From: a virus
Lineage: Duplodnaviria > Caudoviricetes
DNA: 62,483 nt
IMG/VR virus record: IMGVR_UViG_3300038832_000018
Span: 1-62,483 of that record
Reading direction: 5' to 3' (one strand)
Below, piece by piece: positions 45,079 through 54,508 of the stretch (position 1 is the first letter of the stretch; each line of letters begins with the position of its first letter). The position numbers and the translations under genes were made by a program. The notes beneath the pieces were generated by a model. It was not told the origin of the DNA. It was given only the letters and a program-made list of their open reading frames with translations, and did no database searches.

Positions 45079-46530
45079 TTAGCCCTTGATGACCACGTGC
45101 TTGTTAGCAGCGCGGACACAGAGAGCGACTTCAGAGCGGTAGTGGAACGTAGCCACGTCTGCACCAGCGTCACCGTTGTTGGTGTGTCCGAGGACGCCAC
45201 CACCAGTGATCCAGTGCTCCATCTCGCGGCTGTATCCGTTAGCCTCCTTGTAGTACATAGCCAGCGAAGGAGCGTTACCACCCGTGCGGGGGTCAACGAC
45301 GTTCGCAAGCGGCACCATAGCTCCCTGCAGGAAGTTAGAAGCACCCAAGAGGGTAGGATCATTCAGCAGCTTCCAATCGTGCTTGTGGAAGGTATAACCA
45401 CCACGCGTGAAGGTTTTGAATCCCAGCTGCACCGCCATGTCGGCGTTGTTTTGGAAAGCACCAAACTGACCAGGCAAACCAGCCGAGACGGCAGAAGAGA
45501 TGCCAGAGGCAAGCATATCGTCGATAGCGAGGTCTTGCTTCCGATTCAAGTACATAGCGTACTCAGCAGGAGCGCCTTGCTTGTCGAGCTCGAGGATGAG
45601 GTCGTCAAACTCAGCGAAGCTGTCCATCGGATTTGCATTCGCATTGGTGATCACAATACCGCGATCTTCGATAGCAGAGATGTAACCCTCAGAACCAGCC
45701 AGATCGGGACCGATGTCGGCAGCAACATCTTCTACGGTAGCTGCGTTCTTTTGACCGAAGAGCATCATCATTTCGCGGCGATCCTCGAAACGCTTCCGTG
45801 CCTCTTGCTCGCCGTACATAAACCAGCGGTACTCACCGCCACCGACGTTGACCCACCCAATGTTCGTGGCCTGAGAGCCATTCACTTGGTAGCGGTCTTT
45901 GACGATCATAAACGGATTGCTCCGCTTCTTAACGTCAGCGTCTTGGAATTTAGCAGGCTGATCAGTGCCCTGAGCATAAAGATTGCCCAAGTGAATCAAC
46001 GTGCTGGCATTAGAAGAAGTGGATTCCGAAGGGGCATCATTGCTTCCGTCCAGAGGTTCCAAAACGATAACAGGGTCAGCTGCAGTACTTGCCGATTGCA
46101 CAATGTAGCGCGTACCAGTAGCAGCAGACATAACGACATCATTAGCCTGCAGGAATCCGCTGACGTGAGCAGCCTGGTTTCCCGCATGAGCCATAGCAGA
46201 GGTGTCGATAGTTGCCTGGATTGTGCCTGGAGCATTGGCGTCACTACCTGCTGCGGCCGACGCAAATGTAACGGCGTCAAGCAAGGTGTGGCGACGGCCT
46301 GCCTCCCACCAATCGACTTGGTCAGAAGTTCCGCCGCTGATAACAGCACCAGTAAGCTGAAGGAATCCCGTGATACCCTGATCGCCGTAGGTCTCTACGA
46401 GATCGGGCATGACGAAGTCCTTCGTCGTCTTGATCAGGGTGTTGAGCGTCGTATAAGTTTCGGGCGTCAGACGCAGATCGGCAGGAGCCTGATTTACTGC
46501 GGCGTTAGTGCCCGTTCCAATTGTTGCCAT
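45079..46530 (-). CDS. Major capsid protein
   Basis: 483 aa after the scaffold gene; strongly biased codons; RFED.REM.M and GSEGY motifs. Confidence 0.8.
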   Translation of the reverse strand: MATIGTGTNAAVNQAPADLRLTPETYTTLNTLIKTTKDFVMPDLVETYGDQGITGFLQLTGAVISGGTSDQVDWWEAGRRHTLLDAVTFASAAAGSDANAPGTIQATIDTSAMAHAGNQAAHVSGFLQANDVVMSAATGTRYIVQSASTAADPVIVLEPLDGSNDAPSESTSSNASTLIHLGNLYAQGTDQPAKFQDADVKKRSNPFMIVKDRYQVNGSQATNIGWVNVGGGEYRWFMYGEQEARKRFEDRREMMMLFGQKNAATVEDVAADIGPDLAGSEGYISAIEDRGIVITNANANPMDSFAEFDDLILELDKQGAPAEYAMYLNRKQDLAIDDMLASGISSAVSAGLPGQFGAFQNNADMAVQLGFKTFTRGGYTFHKHDWKLLNDPTLLGASNFLQGAMVPLANVVDPRTGGNAPSLAMYYKEANGYSREMEHWITGGGVLGHTNNGDAGADVATFHYRSEVALCVRAANKHVVIKG

Positions 46531-46548
46531 GTTTTCTTATTGTTTGTT

Positions 46549-47697
46549 TTAGATGTTGAAGGTCATGGTGGACCGATTTCTTTGAAGGATCTGCTTGACC
46601 TGTTCGCCAAGCGGATTTGAGTTTTGCTGGCCAGACACATCGTCTGGTGCCTTAGCCTGCACGTTTGCTGCGTTCTGAACCACTCCACGCTGACCCTCGC
46701 TCATGCCTTGCCGATAGGCGGACTGAACAATTGTATCGATGTTATCGATAACAGCGCGGTGTGACGAAAGCAGGTCGTAGTCCCAGCTACCGTCTTCACG
46801 GACGTATGGGTCGAAGTAGTTCTCAAGATTTGCATTCTTGTGCTTCAACACATTTTTGTAGTCGTCTTCCAGACCGAACGTAAACGTGTTCTCGTTGCCG
46901 AGATCGAACTCGAGCCCCGTCATTGCGTCTACGTTTTGAGTCATCTCAGAGACCCACGCCTCATCAACCAGTTTCTCTGGCTCTGTTGCAGTGGGTTGCA
47001 CCTCTGGGGCTTTGTACCCCTGGCGCAAATCTTCGATGGCCGCTTTGGCCTTCTGACCGTCCATCTTCATCTGAAGCTGGACCAATCGCTTATCATCTTC
47101 CGAAGCCTCGGAAGACAAGCGATACTTGCTCTGCACAAGGAGATTGATCTCATCGTTGCTTAGGGTCGGGTTGTCTGCAGCCATCTGCACACGGATAGCG
47201 GTCATATCGTCCATCTCAGACGTATTCAACCGCTGGTATGCAAACCAGTCTTCAGGTCGCTTCCCTGTTTCTTCTACGAAACGAGCGATGGTTTCAATCC
47301 TCTCATCGAGCTGACGCGGCTGTGCAAAATCATCAAAGGAAGTCACCTGCCTCCCCAGCCTCTCGCTAAGGAATCCAAGCACTGCGCCTTCAACATCTTC
47401 TTGCGTGTACTGCGCTTGTTGAGGTTCGGGCTGAACAGCCTGTGGCTCAACTGGATTGGGTGCCTCGGGTTGAGGCGTGACATCTTGCTGAACGGATGCA
47501 GCCTCTGCAGCCTCTCGCTGCATGCTGGCCGCCAGATCGGCAGGGTTGTCAAAAATCTCGAACGGAGCTTTAGTCTCAGGTGCAGGGGCTTCCTGAACCT
47601 GTGGCTCTTGCACAGGGGCTTCCTGTGGTGTCTCCGTTACCGCTTCTTGTGCGGGAGCCTGCTCGACGGCAGGCTCTTGAGTTTGTGCTTCTTCCAT
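46549..47697 (-). CDS. Putative scaffold protein
   Basis: Acidic E/Q/P-rich N-terminus, directly upstream of MCP. Confidence 0.65.
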   Translation of the reverse strand: MEEAQTQEPAVEQAPAQEAVTETPQEAPVQEPQVQEAPAPETKAPFEIFDNPADLAASMQREAAEAASVQQDVTPQPEAPNPVEPQAVQPEPQQAQYTQEDVEGAVLGFLSERLGRQVTSFDDFAQPRQLDERIETIARFVEETGKRPEDWFAYQRLNTSEMDDMTAIRVQMAADNPTLSNDEINLLVQSKYRLSSEASEDDKRLVQLQMKMDGQKAKAAIEDLRQGYKAPEVQPTATEPEKLVDEAWVSEMTQNVDAMTGLEFDLGNENTFTFGLEDDYKNVLKHKNANLENYFDPYVREDGSWDYDLLSSHRAVIDNIDTIVQSAYRQGMSEGQRGVVQNAANVQAKAPDDVSGQQNSNPLGEQVKQILQRNRSTMTFNI

Positions 47698-47710
47698 TTT
47701 ATTTAATTAA

Positions 47711-48217
47711 TTAGTACTCGAAATGCAGAATGATTTCTAACGCATCGGCTGCCGAAAAGTTGGGTCCAGTAGAAACAGTGCTCAACACAGCGGACGCATA
47801 AATTTTGTAACCCGTATCCACGCTTGTTAAAACAGGCCCCAGCACACGTCCTGGATCGTCGTCAGAAACATTAGCGTCTCCAAAAGTTGACAACACATAA
47901 GGGGTGAGGTTGTCGAGCTGGTTGGAGGGTGCCGTGCTGCCTTTTGTAATAGAGCCCAGATACTGGTTCAACTTAAAATTAGCATCTGTAATGTCTGCGG
48001 TTGCATTTATCGTCCCTAGCTCCGCATTGTTGACTTGAAAAAAGTGGATGTTGAAGACATCAGACGTGGTCTGCGCTTCATAATCGACAACCAATCCTCC
48101 TACCAATCTACAAGACCTAGACGGAAGTGTGACCTCAGTCATAGAGAAGAGCACGTCTCCGTTTGCGTATGCGTCGGTAGAGAGAGTAGGAGTAAATCTT
48201 GAAATTCCGAATGCCAT
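47711..48217 (-). CDS. Putative virion protein
   Basis: 168 aa, beta-rich. Confidence 0.55.
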   Translation of the reverse strand: MAFGISRFTPTLSTDAYANGDVLFSMTEVTLPSRSCRLVGGLVVDYEAQTTSDVFNIHFFQVNNAELGTINATADITDANFKLNQYLGSITKGSTAPSNQLDNLTPYVLSTFGDANVSDDDPGRVLGPVLTSVDTGYKIYASAVLSTVSTGPNFSAADALEIILHFEY

Positions 48218-48227
48218 GTCTTATCTA

Positions 48228-48635
48228 TTAGCTGCCCCCGTAAGGATTAGCAGAGTTGTCGTTACCGAACACACCGTACTCGATCATCTGATCGACGCGA
48301 GTACCGTACACTTCGTACTTCTTGTCAGGTGAGACAGGGATGAATGCAAACTCTCCACCACCAATCTTGGCCACCAAGCCAGTGTCGGTGTCGTTGTGGA
48401 TGTAGATGTAGTTCTCCAGCTCCGTCTCGAGGTTCTTGATGTACAAGTACGCTCGCTCAGAACACTGATTAGCGATGTAGATCGCCAAGTCGTTAGTGTC
48501 TGCAGCCACACCCTTGACCTTGGCGCGGATCAGACTGCCTGAGTCAACAACCAGAGAGGCGTTGACAGACAGACTCAACGGGGAAGTAAGAACCCCGTTG
48601 CTGCTCAAAGAAAGGGCGGCACGAACAGTTGCCAT
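48228..48635 (-). CDS. Putative virion protein (paralog family)
   Basis: YLYIKN and IGGGEFAFIP motifs. Confidence 0.6.
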   Translation of the reverse strand: MATVRAALSLSSNGVLTSPLSLSVNASLVVDSGSLIRAKVKGVAADTNDLAIYIANQCSERAYLYIKNLETELENYIYIHNDTDTGLVAKIGGGEFAFIPVSPDKKYEVYGTRVDQMIEYGVFGNDNSANPYGGS

Positions 48636-49030
48636 TAGGCTTCGTAAATAACCAAGAACTCAATAGTGAAGGCAGTCGCCACACTAGGGGTGATCTTAAT
48701 GTCCTGATCTCCGTTGTAGGGGAGAAGGCACCAGTCGCCTGCGTAGAGGCGGCCAAGGAGTTGGGACTCCACAGTGATCACGGCGTTCTCCGTGGCCACA
48801 GTGCTGGTGTTCTTGATGTACACTTTGTGAGCCTTATCGTCAGCGTAGTCAGCCTTGTCGACAAGAGTGTACTGAGAAGTAGACGTGGTCGTCTTGCGAC
48901 CCACGCCCGTGGTTTGATCTAATCCCGTGGTCGTGCCCGCTTTAGTGAGCGTAGCGGTGGTAGTCAGAGCAAGCGCATCACCAGTGAGGTCTGCGCTGGA
49001 CAGTGTAATTGATGCGGTTGTAGTTGGCAT
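48635..49030 (-). CDS. Putative virion protein (paralog family)
   Basis: VYIKN and LYAGDWCLLP motifs. Confidence 0.6.
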   Translation of the reverse strand: MPTTTASITLSSADLTGDALALTTTATLTKAGTTTGLDQTTGVGRKTTTSTSQYTLVDKADYADDKAHKVYIKNTSTVATENAVITVESQLLGRLYAGDWCLLPYNGDQDIKITPSVATAFTIEFLVIYEA

Positions 49031-49046
49031 ACCTAGTTATTTACAG

Positions 49047-49056
49047 CAAATATAAT
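49047..49056 (-). promoter_or_regulatory. -7 promoter element ATTATATTTG
   Basis: Intergenic exact copy. Confidence 0.6.
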
Positions 49057-49057
49057 A

Positions 49058-49312
49058 CTATTTCTTTTTAGACTTTTTCTTGGCTTTGGCAGCAATCTTA
49101 GCGGCCTCCTTCTTGCCAAAGGCAGATTTAACCCGAGCCATAGCCCAAGCGTGCTGAGAAACTTTAGGTCTGTTTCCGCTACTCATGTACGCCGCTAGTC
49201 CACGACGATACACTTCTTTTTGAGCGGCAGACAAACCTGCCATACCCCCGCCTTTCTTTTTGGTCTTCCCGCCTTTCTTTTTGGTCTTCCCGCCTTTTTT
49301 GTAGACCTTCAT
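49058..49312 (-). CDS. Small basic protein (DUF5824-like)
   Basis: VYRRGLAAY...HAWAMARV. Confidence 0.55.
   Translation of the reverse strand: MKVYKKGGKTKKKGGKTKKKGGGMAGLSAAQKEVYRRGLAAYMSSGNRPKVSQHAWAMARVKSAFGKKEAAKIAAKAKKKSKKK
49247..49298. repeat. 21-bp in-frame tandem repeat, about 2.5 copies
   Basis: cccgcctttctttttggtctt repeated; encodes KTKKKGG. Confidence 0.85.
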
Positions 49313-49518
49313 TTAGCTCCCATCTGCTTCTTGACGTTGGGGTGTGCTGCCGCCCTTTTAGCCTGTGCAGGATCGTCTAGGATGCCATCTAACATCTTAC
49401 CGCCTTCCGCAAAGACCTTGCCCCCGTACATGTACATAGGCATCTTGCCGCCACCTGGCATCTTCTTCATCTCACCTCCCATCATGTACTTGGGGGTGTC
49501 TTTCTTTTTCATCTTCAT
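49309..49518 (-). CDS. Small Met/Lys/Gly-rich protein with four xxGG repeats
   Basis: YMMGG, MPGGG, YMYGG, FAEGG. Confidence 0.65.
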   Translation of the reverse strand: MKMKKKDTPKYMMGGEMKKMPGGGKMPMYMYGGKVFAEGGKMLDGILDDPAQAKRAAAHPNVKKQMGAK

Positions 49519-49706
49519 ATCTGATCTCTTCTTTTCATGAGTTGTTTTAGCCTCTCCGCAACCGCTGGCGGGAATCCTTTCTTTTTTCTTTTACCCTTAG
49601 TGCCACGGTGCTTATCGTAGATAGCAGCAATCTGACTCATCAGCTTCTTGCGCTCCGCTACGTTCGAGCTCCCCTTAGTGTACTTCGGGTTGAACTTCTT
49701 AGCCAT
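49515..49706 (-). CDS. Small basic protein
   Basis: Coupled 63-aa ORF. Confidence 0.6.
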   Translation of the reverse strand: MAKKFNPKYTKGSSNVAERKKLMSQIAAIYDKHRGTKGKRKKKGFPPAVAERLKQLMKRRDQI

Positions 49707-49884
49707 GACTAACGAGCTTGAAGTTGGCCTTTTTGACTGCTCCTGGGTGAGGCTTGTACTCCCCCTTCATGAGAAAGTACCTGCCGTTTTCGAGCATCCA
49801 GTGGTGACCAGCAGGCGGGTCAACGCTTGCAGTCTTCTGGCTAATCTTCAACTTTCCTCCCTTGTTATACTTCACGGTATTCAT
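49699..49884 (-). CDS. Small basic protein
   Basis: KYNKGG and PPAGHHWM motifs. Confidence 0.6.
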   Translation of the reverse strand: MNTVKYNKGGKLKISQKTASVDPPAGHHWMLENGRYFLMKGEYKPHPGAVKKANFKLVSHG

Positions 49885-50249
49885 TAGAACGAACTCATTA
49901 GAATCTCATCTACACTCTCTTGAACATCAGACTTTGAGGCTTCTATAGCCATCATAATGTTTGCCTGAAATCTCTCTACCTCCTCCCCGTCGTTAAAGAT
50001 AATAATAGTAGGGACCACTACGATCTTGTACTCTTGCTGCAGCTCTGGGCTAGATGCAATGTCTACTCGAGATGTGGTACAGTCGCTAAGGTCTTCAATC
50101 CATTCGACGCTGTTCGCCGCATTGAAGCTCGCGTTGAACTCCACGACGCAAACGCCAGACTCGCACACTTCACTCTCCGCAGGCACAGCCACATACACAG
50201 CAGCCGAGAACAGAGCAGAGAAGGCCAAGAGGGCAAGCACACTTTTCAT
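49884..50249 (-). CDS. Exported thioredoxin-fold protein lacking CxxC
   Basis: Signal peptide; VVEFNASFN; YKIVVVPTIIIFNDGEEVERF. Confidence 0.7.
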   Translation of the reverse strand: MKSVLALLAFSALFSAAVYVAVPAESEVCESGVCVVEFNASFNAANSVEWIEDLSDCTTSRVDIASSPELQQEYKIVVVPTIIIFNDGEEVERFQANIMMAIEASKSDVQESVDEILMSSF

Positions 50250-50257
50250 TGTTCATG

Positions 50258-50542
50258 TTATTTGAGTTGATCGATTTTTTCTTCGATGCGTTTGATGTCC
50301 TGCTTAATCTCCCCGACGTCCTCCTGCGTAGACATGATGGTCTGACGAATCAGCTGATCCTTCATGTCGAACTCCATGCGAGAAACCTCCGACGGGAGTG
50401 GCTCAGGCAGTTCCTTCGCCTCGGCGATGTCGGCCTGCAGGGTAAACCACATTCCGATTAGAGATGCCATCCCCACTCCAATCCCCGCCAGCGACTTGAT
50501 GCTGACGTTGAACCCCATATCCTCGTTAATCTCTTTTGCCAT
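50258..50542 (-). CDS. Single-TM coiled-coil protein
   Basis: TM segment LAGIGVGMASLIGMWF; heptad-repeat C-terminus. Confidence 0.65.
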   Translation of the reverse strand: MAKEINEDMGFNVSIKSLAGIGVGMASLIGMWFTLQADIAEAKELPEPLPSEVSRMEFDMKDQLIRQTIMSTQEDVGEIKQDIKRIEEKIDQLK

Positions 50543-50543
50543 A

Positions 50544-51578
50544 TTAGAATATTACGTAGTTGACCCCCACCGAGAAGTCGTGCCACTCCCTGTTCCAGTA
50601 CTTGTTGTATCTCCCCTCCAGGAAGCAGCCAAGGGATCTGTTCAGCTTCCAACCAAAAATCAACCCGCCGCTGTAGTCAACCCACTGCCCCCCGTTGAGC
50701 TGGAAGTAAGAAAACTCTGACCCAGTATCTAGGTGACGAGGCAACACATTCCCCCAAGAGTGCAACCAGAAGTCTTTGGTGTAGTGGTAGTAGTCGAAAC
50801 CAGCCACGAGAGAGTAGTTCCACTCTGTGTCTAGCTCACCACGCTTGCGCTGAACGTATTCGTCAAGGACCTGCGGTATGATAACCTCTCGCCACACCTC
50901 AAAGCTGTTGGCGACAACAGTCCCGTCGGGGTCCATGTACTCCCCCGTAGAGAAGTCGTAGCTGTACCCCTCGCTGAAGGCGAGCTGAGTATAGTGCAGG
51001 CTTCCGTTCGGGAGCTCCCATTGCTTTAGCGGATCATACCCGTATGGCTCAGAGATGCGCTGTGCCGCCCCGATATTGAAAGACAGCTTCCCCTTGCTGT
51101 TAATGCGCAGTCTCTGCGAAGCCTCGAGGTAACTGACGTCAGCAAAGCCGTCCTGCACGTACTCCACTTTGCCTACAAACCTGCCCCCGACATATCTGAG
51201 GAAGTGGTTCTGGTCTAGGTACAGCACCCCCTGCTGTCTGCGGTAGTCGCTTTCGAACAGGAACTCGAAACCTTTGACCGTACCGATCGTAGCTGCATCA
51301 GAGTACGAGTGCTCCTCACCATTATAGAACACGTTGGCCCTGTTCTCATACTTGAACCTGGCGATCTTACGGATGCCAAGAGTCAAGGAGTAATCGAACG
51401 GAGTCTCCACAATGTCCGTGGAGAGCGGTCCGTTGACTACAGAGTACGTATTGTAATCAGACAAGGAGTTGTTCCCATTGACAGCCGCGTAGAAGGTCGA
51501 GAATCGAAACGCCTTCTTCAGAGTCTGAGCCCCACTCACCAGTGGGATGCACAGAAGTAGAGCCAGTATTAGCCTCAT
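50544..51578 (-). CDS. Putative outer-membrane beta-barrel protein
   Basis: Signal peptide, alternating aromatic strands, C-terminal VGVNYVIF. Confidence 0.65.
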   Translation of the reverse strand: MRLILALLLCIPLVSGAQTLKKAFRFSTFYAAVNGNNSLSDYNTYSVVNGPLSTDIVETPFDYSLTLGIRKIARFKYENRANVFYNGEEHSYSDAATIGTVKGFEFLFESDYRRQQGVLYLDQNHFLRYVGGRFVGKVEYVQDGFADVSYLEASQRLRINSKGKLSFNIGAAQRISEPYGYDPLKQWELPNGSLHYTQLAFSEGYSYDFSTGEYMDPDGTVVANSFEVWREVIIPQVLDEYVQRKRGELDTEWNYSLVAGFDYYHYTKDFWLHSWGNVLPRHLDTGSEFSYFQLNGGQWVDYSGGLIFGWKLNRSLGCFLEGRYNKYWNREWHDFSVGVNYVIF

Positions 51579-54235
51579 AGCTTCACAATAGTTTGCTTGA
51601 ACATGCGATTGTCAGACACCAAGATCAAGTGATACACCCCTACAGGCCACTGCGATGCGTCTTGTGTAGAGCTAGAGGACCGCAGCACCTCTCTGCCAGT
51701 AGCATCAAAGACAGTCAAAACAAACGGGTATGGGGAGTCCACATAGAACTGACGCTCTACAACCGTCGGGCGGATCGCAACCTCTTCTTCTAGATCAGGG
51801 ACGCCCGTTGGCCAGCCTTGCTGACAGTAGTCGTACAGGCCGATGCACTCACTGTCCCACTCAGCCTCACAGCAGTAGGGGTCAACCTCAATTACCCAGC
51901 CGTAGCAAGAGTCGTTCAGCCAGTACGGGACACCTGGGCCCGTAGCACACCCCGCGTCATACAGGCAGTCCCCTTCAGTGTTCGCCTCAGGGTTGTAGTT
52001 GTACGCCGATACATCCATACACCCCAGCACAAACGGGATACAGCTCTCGTTATCTACGTTAGCCTCCTCGTCGAAGTTCAAGGCGTTCGGATCCGTGCAG
52101 CCAAAAACCGCAAGGGTTTCGCAACTGCCGTCATCAAAGTCTGCCACATATCCCTGCTCATAGTACTCAAGGTATCCAGCCTGCATACACCCAGCGGCAT
52201 AGTAGCAACTGCTGTCAGGGCTATTAGCGAACTCGTCGTAGTTCTGAGCCAAAGTATCCAAGCACCCGTACGCATACTCTTCACAAAAGTTCCCACAATA
52301 AGTCGTGGCCTTATAAGTGTAAGGGAACGGGATGATGCTCCACTGGGGGACGTTAATGAGCGTGTCCCCCGTAGGTCCCTCAAGCATAAACCCACATTGA
52401 GCGATGCTAAACATAGACTGAGGAGTGGGGAAGAAGTAAAGCTCTACTTCCTCTTCGCTAGACAGGTACAACTCGAAAGACTCTTCTAGTCCGTCGTCGG
52501 GCCCCACCTTATACTGTGGGGACAACCACTCACCCTGACGTACCCCCAGCCAGCTACCGAACCATCCGTCTGCAGCACCGTCAGTAAGAGTCAGTGTATA
52601 GAAGCAAGAGTCGGGCTGCAGCTCTACGTTTGCGAGCGTGTCGTAGTTGTAGTACGCACTGTCAATACACCCATACACCACAGGGGTTTCACATAGCTCC
52701 TCTAGAAACAGTGTTGCGTCAGGGTTGTATTCGAGATAGTCAGGGTCACCACACCCTACGATGTCCTCCACCTGAAGGCATTCAGGGGTCTGGAAAACGT
52801 GCTGGAAGTTGTAGCCGAAGTTGGCCTGTGCGGGATCCATAGCATACACCTCCTCACCGCAAGCAAGGATGCCAAACCCACCGTCCTCTCCCCCCCACTG
52901 AGCGCCGTTCAAGCCATCACCATAGACATCGCTGATGGTAAACGAGACCTGACTGCCGATAGGAGCACAGACACTATTGAAGATCGGGATTCCTGTGGGC
53001 TCCCCCGAGTACTCGCCAGCCAAAACAGCTGCAAGGATTTCGTCGTTGGTGACATCTGCCAGTGACCACCCCGTCTCCCCTGGGTAGTTGTCAGGTACAA
53101 TTACCACTGTGATCTCAGTTTCTGTGACATCACAATCCGCAGACTCAAGGATGTTGCAGTTCTGATCGAAGTTGGCCCACGGGTTCCAGTTGATTGCATC
53201 GGGGTTCGTACAGCCTGGGATAGCTCCGCAGGGCAGGCAACTCTCCCAGCAAAACGCAGGCAGGGCCATAGGGCCCTGCACGTTTACCGAGCGGTTGACA
53301 TAACCGAACTCATCGAAAAGGAAACACGGGGATTCCGCAACGCCGACAGGTAGCTCCTGATACTCCCAGTTGTCGGCAGAGAACTTCCACAGGTACTGCC
53401 CCGCAGCCATGTCAACAGTGGCCTCCCACACCCCATCTCCATCGGGGTCTTCCATCGGGACGCAGGCGCCACACCAACCGAAGTAGTCTGAGTTGACCTC
53501 GGGCGTTACAATCCCCTCTGGGTGTGGGCCGTTTAGGTCTAGCCTAAACGTAACCTCATAGAGGCAAGGCTCCCCTTCGAAAATGGCGGCTGGGTTATAA
53601 TTAGAAGCCTCGTCATCCATGCAGCCCAGCACGGGCGGTGGGCAAGGCAACAGGTTGATAGGGATGTCGAGCTGCGCGGTATTGAAGTCCAATACTTCGA
53701 TGTTCAGCCCACACGCATTGCTTAATACGATATACCCTTCCCCGTACTCGCAACAGATTCCGTCCCCGAAGCTGTCGTACGCCACAAACGTATACGGGCC
53801 AGGTGGTAGGTTGACCAGCGTCTCTCCTGCCACACCCGAGGCCACAACAACTGTGTCCGAGAGAATCTCCCAGCTACTTTCCGCTGCGTACTGGTCAGAG
53901 ACAAAGTCCACGTTCACCCAGCTCTGAGCCTGCAAGGATAGGATGGGGAAAAGCAAACACCACTTGACTTTGTTGGCCCAGTAAGCTGCGCTCATCTTGC
54001 CCTTGTTGATGTTCTTTCTGTGACGCGCTTTGAACGAAGCTCTCTGCTTTGCGTTCTGATTGGTCTTTGCCCCTTGCTCTCCGAATCGGATCAGCTTCAC
54101 TTTGTTACCGTCTTTAGCCAAAACGATATGAGATTTCTTAGGGTGCTTAGGCGTTCTCTTTGCTTTGTTGACGCCCTTTAGCCCGTGCTTTTTCAGCAAC
54201 CTTTTGACCCTGTTTCTTACTGGTTCTGAGGACAT
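51575..54235 (-). CDS. DUF6321-like basic domain fused to secreted GCxD-repeat protein with T9SS type A C-terminal domain
   Basis: LIRFG..G...SFKARH...AAYWANKVKW; GCMD/GCTD repeats; C-terminal P...VFDATGREV...GVY...IVKL. Confidence 0.75.
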   Translation of the reverse strand: MSSEPVRNRVKRLLKKHGLKGVNKAKRTPKHPKKSHIVLAKDGNKVKLIRFGEQGAKTNQNAKQRASFKARHRKNINKGKMSAAYWANKVKWCLLFPILSLQAQSWVNVDFVSDQYAAESSWEILSDTVVVASGVAGETLVNLPPGPYTFVAYDSFGDGICCEYGEGYIVLSNACGLNIEVLDFNTAQLDIPINLLPCPPPVLGCMDDEASNYNPAAIFEGEPCLYEVTFRLDLNGPHPEGIVTPEVNSDYFGWCGACVPMEDPDGDGVWEATVDMAAGQYLWKFSADNWEYQELPVGVAESPCFLFDEFGYVNRSVNVQGPMALPAFCWESCLPCGAIPGCTNPDAINWNPWANFDQNCNILESADCDVTETEITVVIVPDNYPGETGWSLADVTNDEILAAVLAGEYSGEPTGIPIFNSVCAPIGSQVSFTISDVYGDGLNGAQWGGEDGGFGILACGEEVYAMDPAQANFGYNFQHVFQTPECLQVEDIVGCGDPDYLEYNPDATLFLEELCETPVVYGCIDSAYYNYDTLANVELQPDSCFYTLTLTDGAADGWFGSWLGVRQGEWLSPQYKVGPDDGLEESFELYLSSEEEVELYFFPTPQSMFSIAQCGFMLEGPTGDTLINVPQWSIIPFPYTYKATTYCGNFCEEYAYGCLDTLAQNYDEFANSPDSSCYYAAGCMQAGYLEYYEQGYVADFDDGSCETLAVFGCTDPNALNFDEEANVDNESCIPFVLGCMDVSAYNYNPEANTEGDCLYDAGCATGPGVPYWLNDSCYGWVIEVDPYCCEAEWDSECIGLYDYCQQGWPTGVPDLEEEVAIRPTVVERQFYVDSPYPFVLTVFDATGREVLRSSSSTQDASQWPVGVYHLILVSDNRMFKQTIVKL

Positions 54236-54251
54236 TACGCAAATGTAACAA

Positions 54252-54506
54252 TCAAGGCTTTACCCCATACTCGCCTGCTGATAGTGTATACGTCGTCTCC
54301 CCGTTAGTTGGGTGGACGTATGTATAGCTTTTGTCTGAAGGCAATACCATGCTCTCGTATGTCGCGGTATACGTGCCGTCGCCGTTGTCTCGGCACTCTG
54401 ACAACTCAACCTCGTTGTACCCAAAGTTCATGTGATGAACCCTAGAGTCCAACCAAGACTCCAACAGGTCTTCTTCAGATGTAATTGTAACTGAGTATGT
54501 AGCCAT
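54252..54506 (-). CDS. Small protein after the RCC1-repeat gene
   Basis: 84-aa coupled ORF. Confidence 0.6.
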   Translation of the reverse strand: MATYSVTITSEEDLLESWLDSRVHHMNFGYNEVELSECRDNGDGTYTATYESMVLPSDKSYTYVHPTNGETTYTLSAGEYGVKP

Positions 54507-54508
54507 GA

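Noticed and set aside
44926-46620. 564-aa + strand ORF
   Set aside because: Antisense shadow of the codon-biased major capsid gene; same reasoning applies to most opposite-strand ORFs in the track
49884-50249. Active thioredoxin (trxA)
   Set aside because: No WCxxC at the active-site position
50544-51578. Naming the barrel PorP/SprF or PorV
   Set aside because: Size fits but no family motifs recognised
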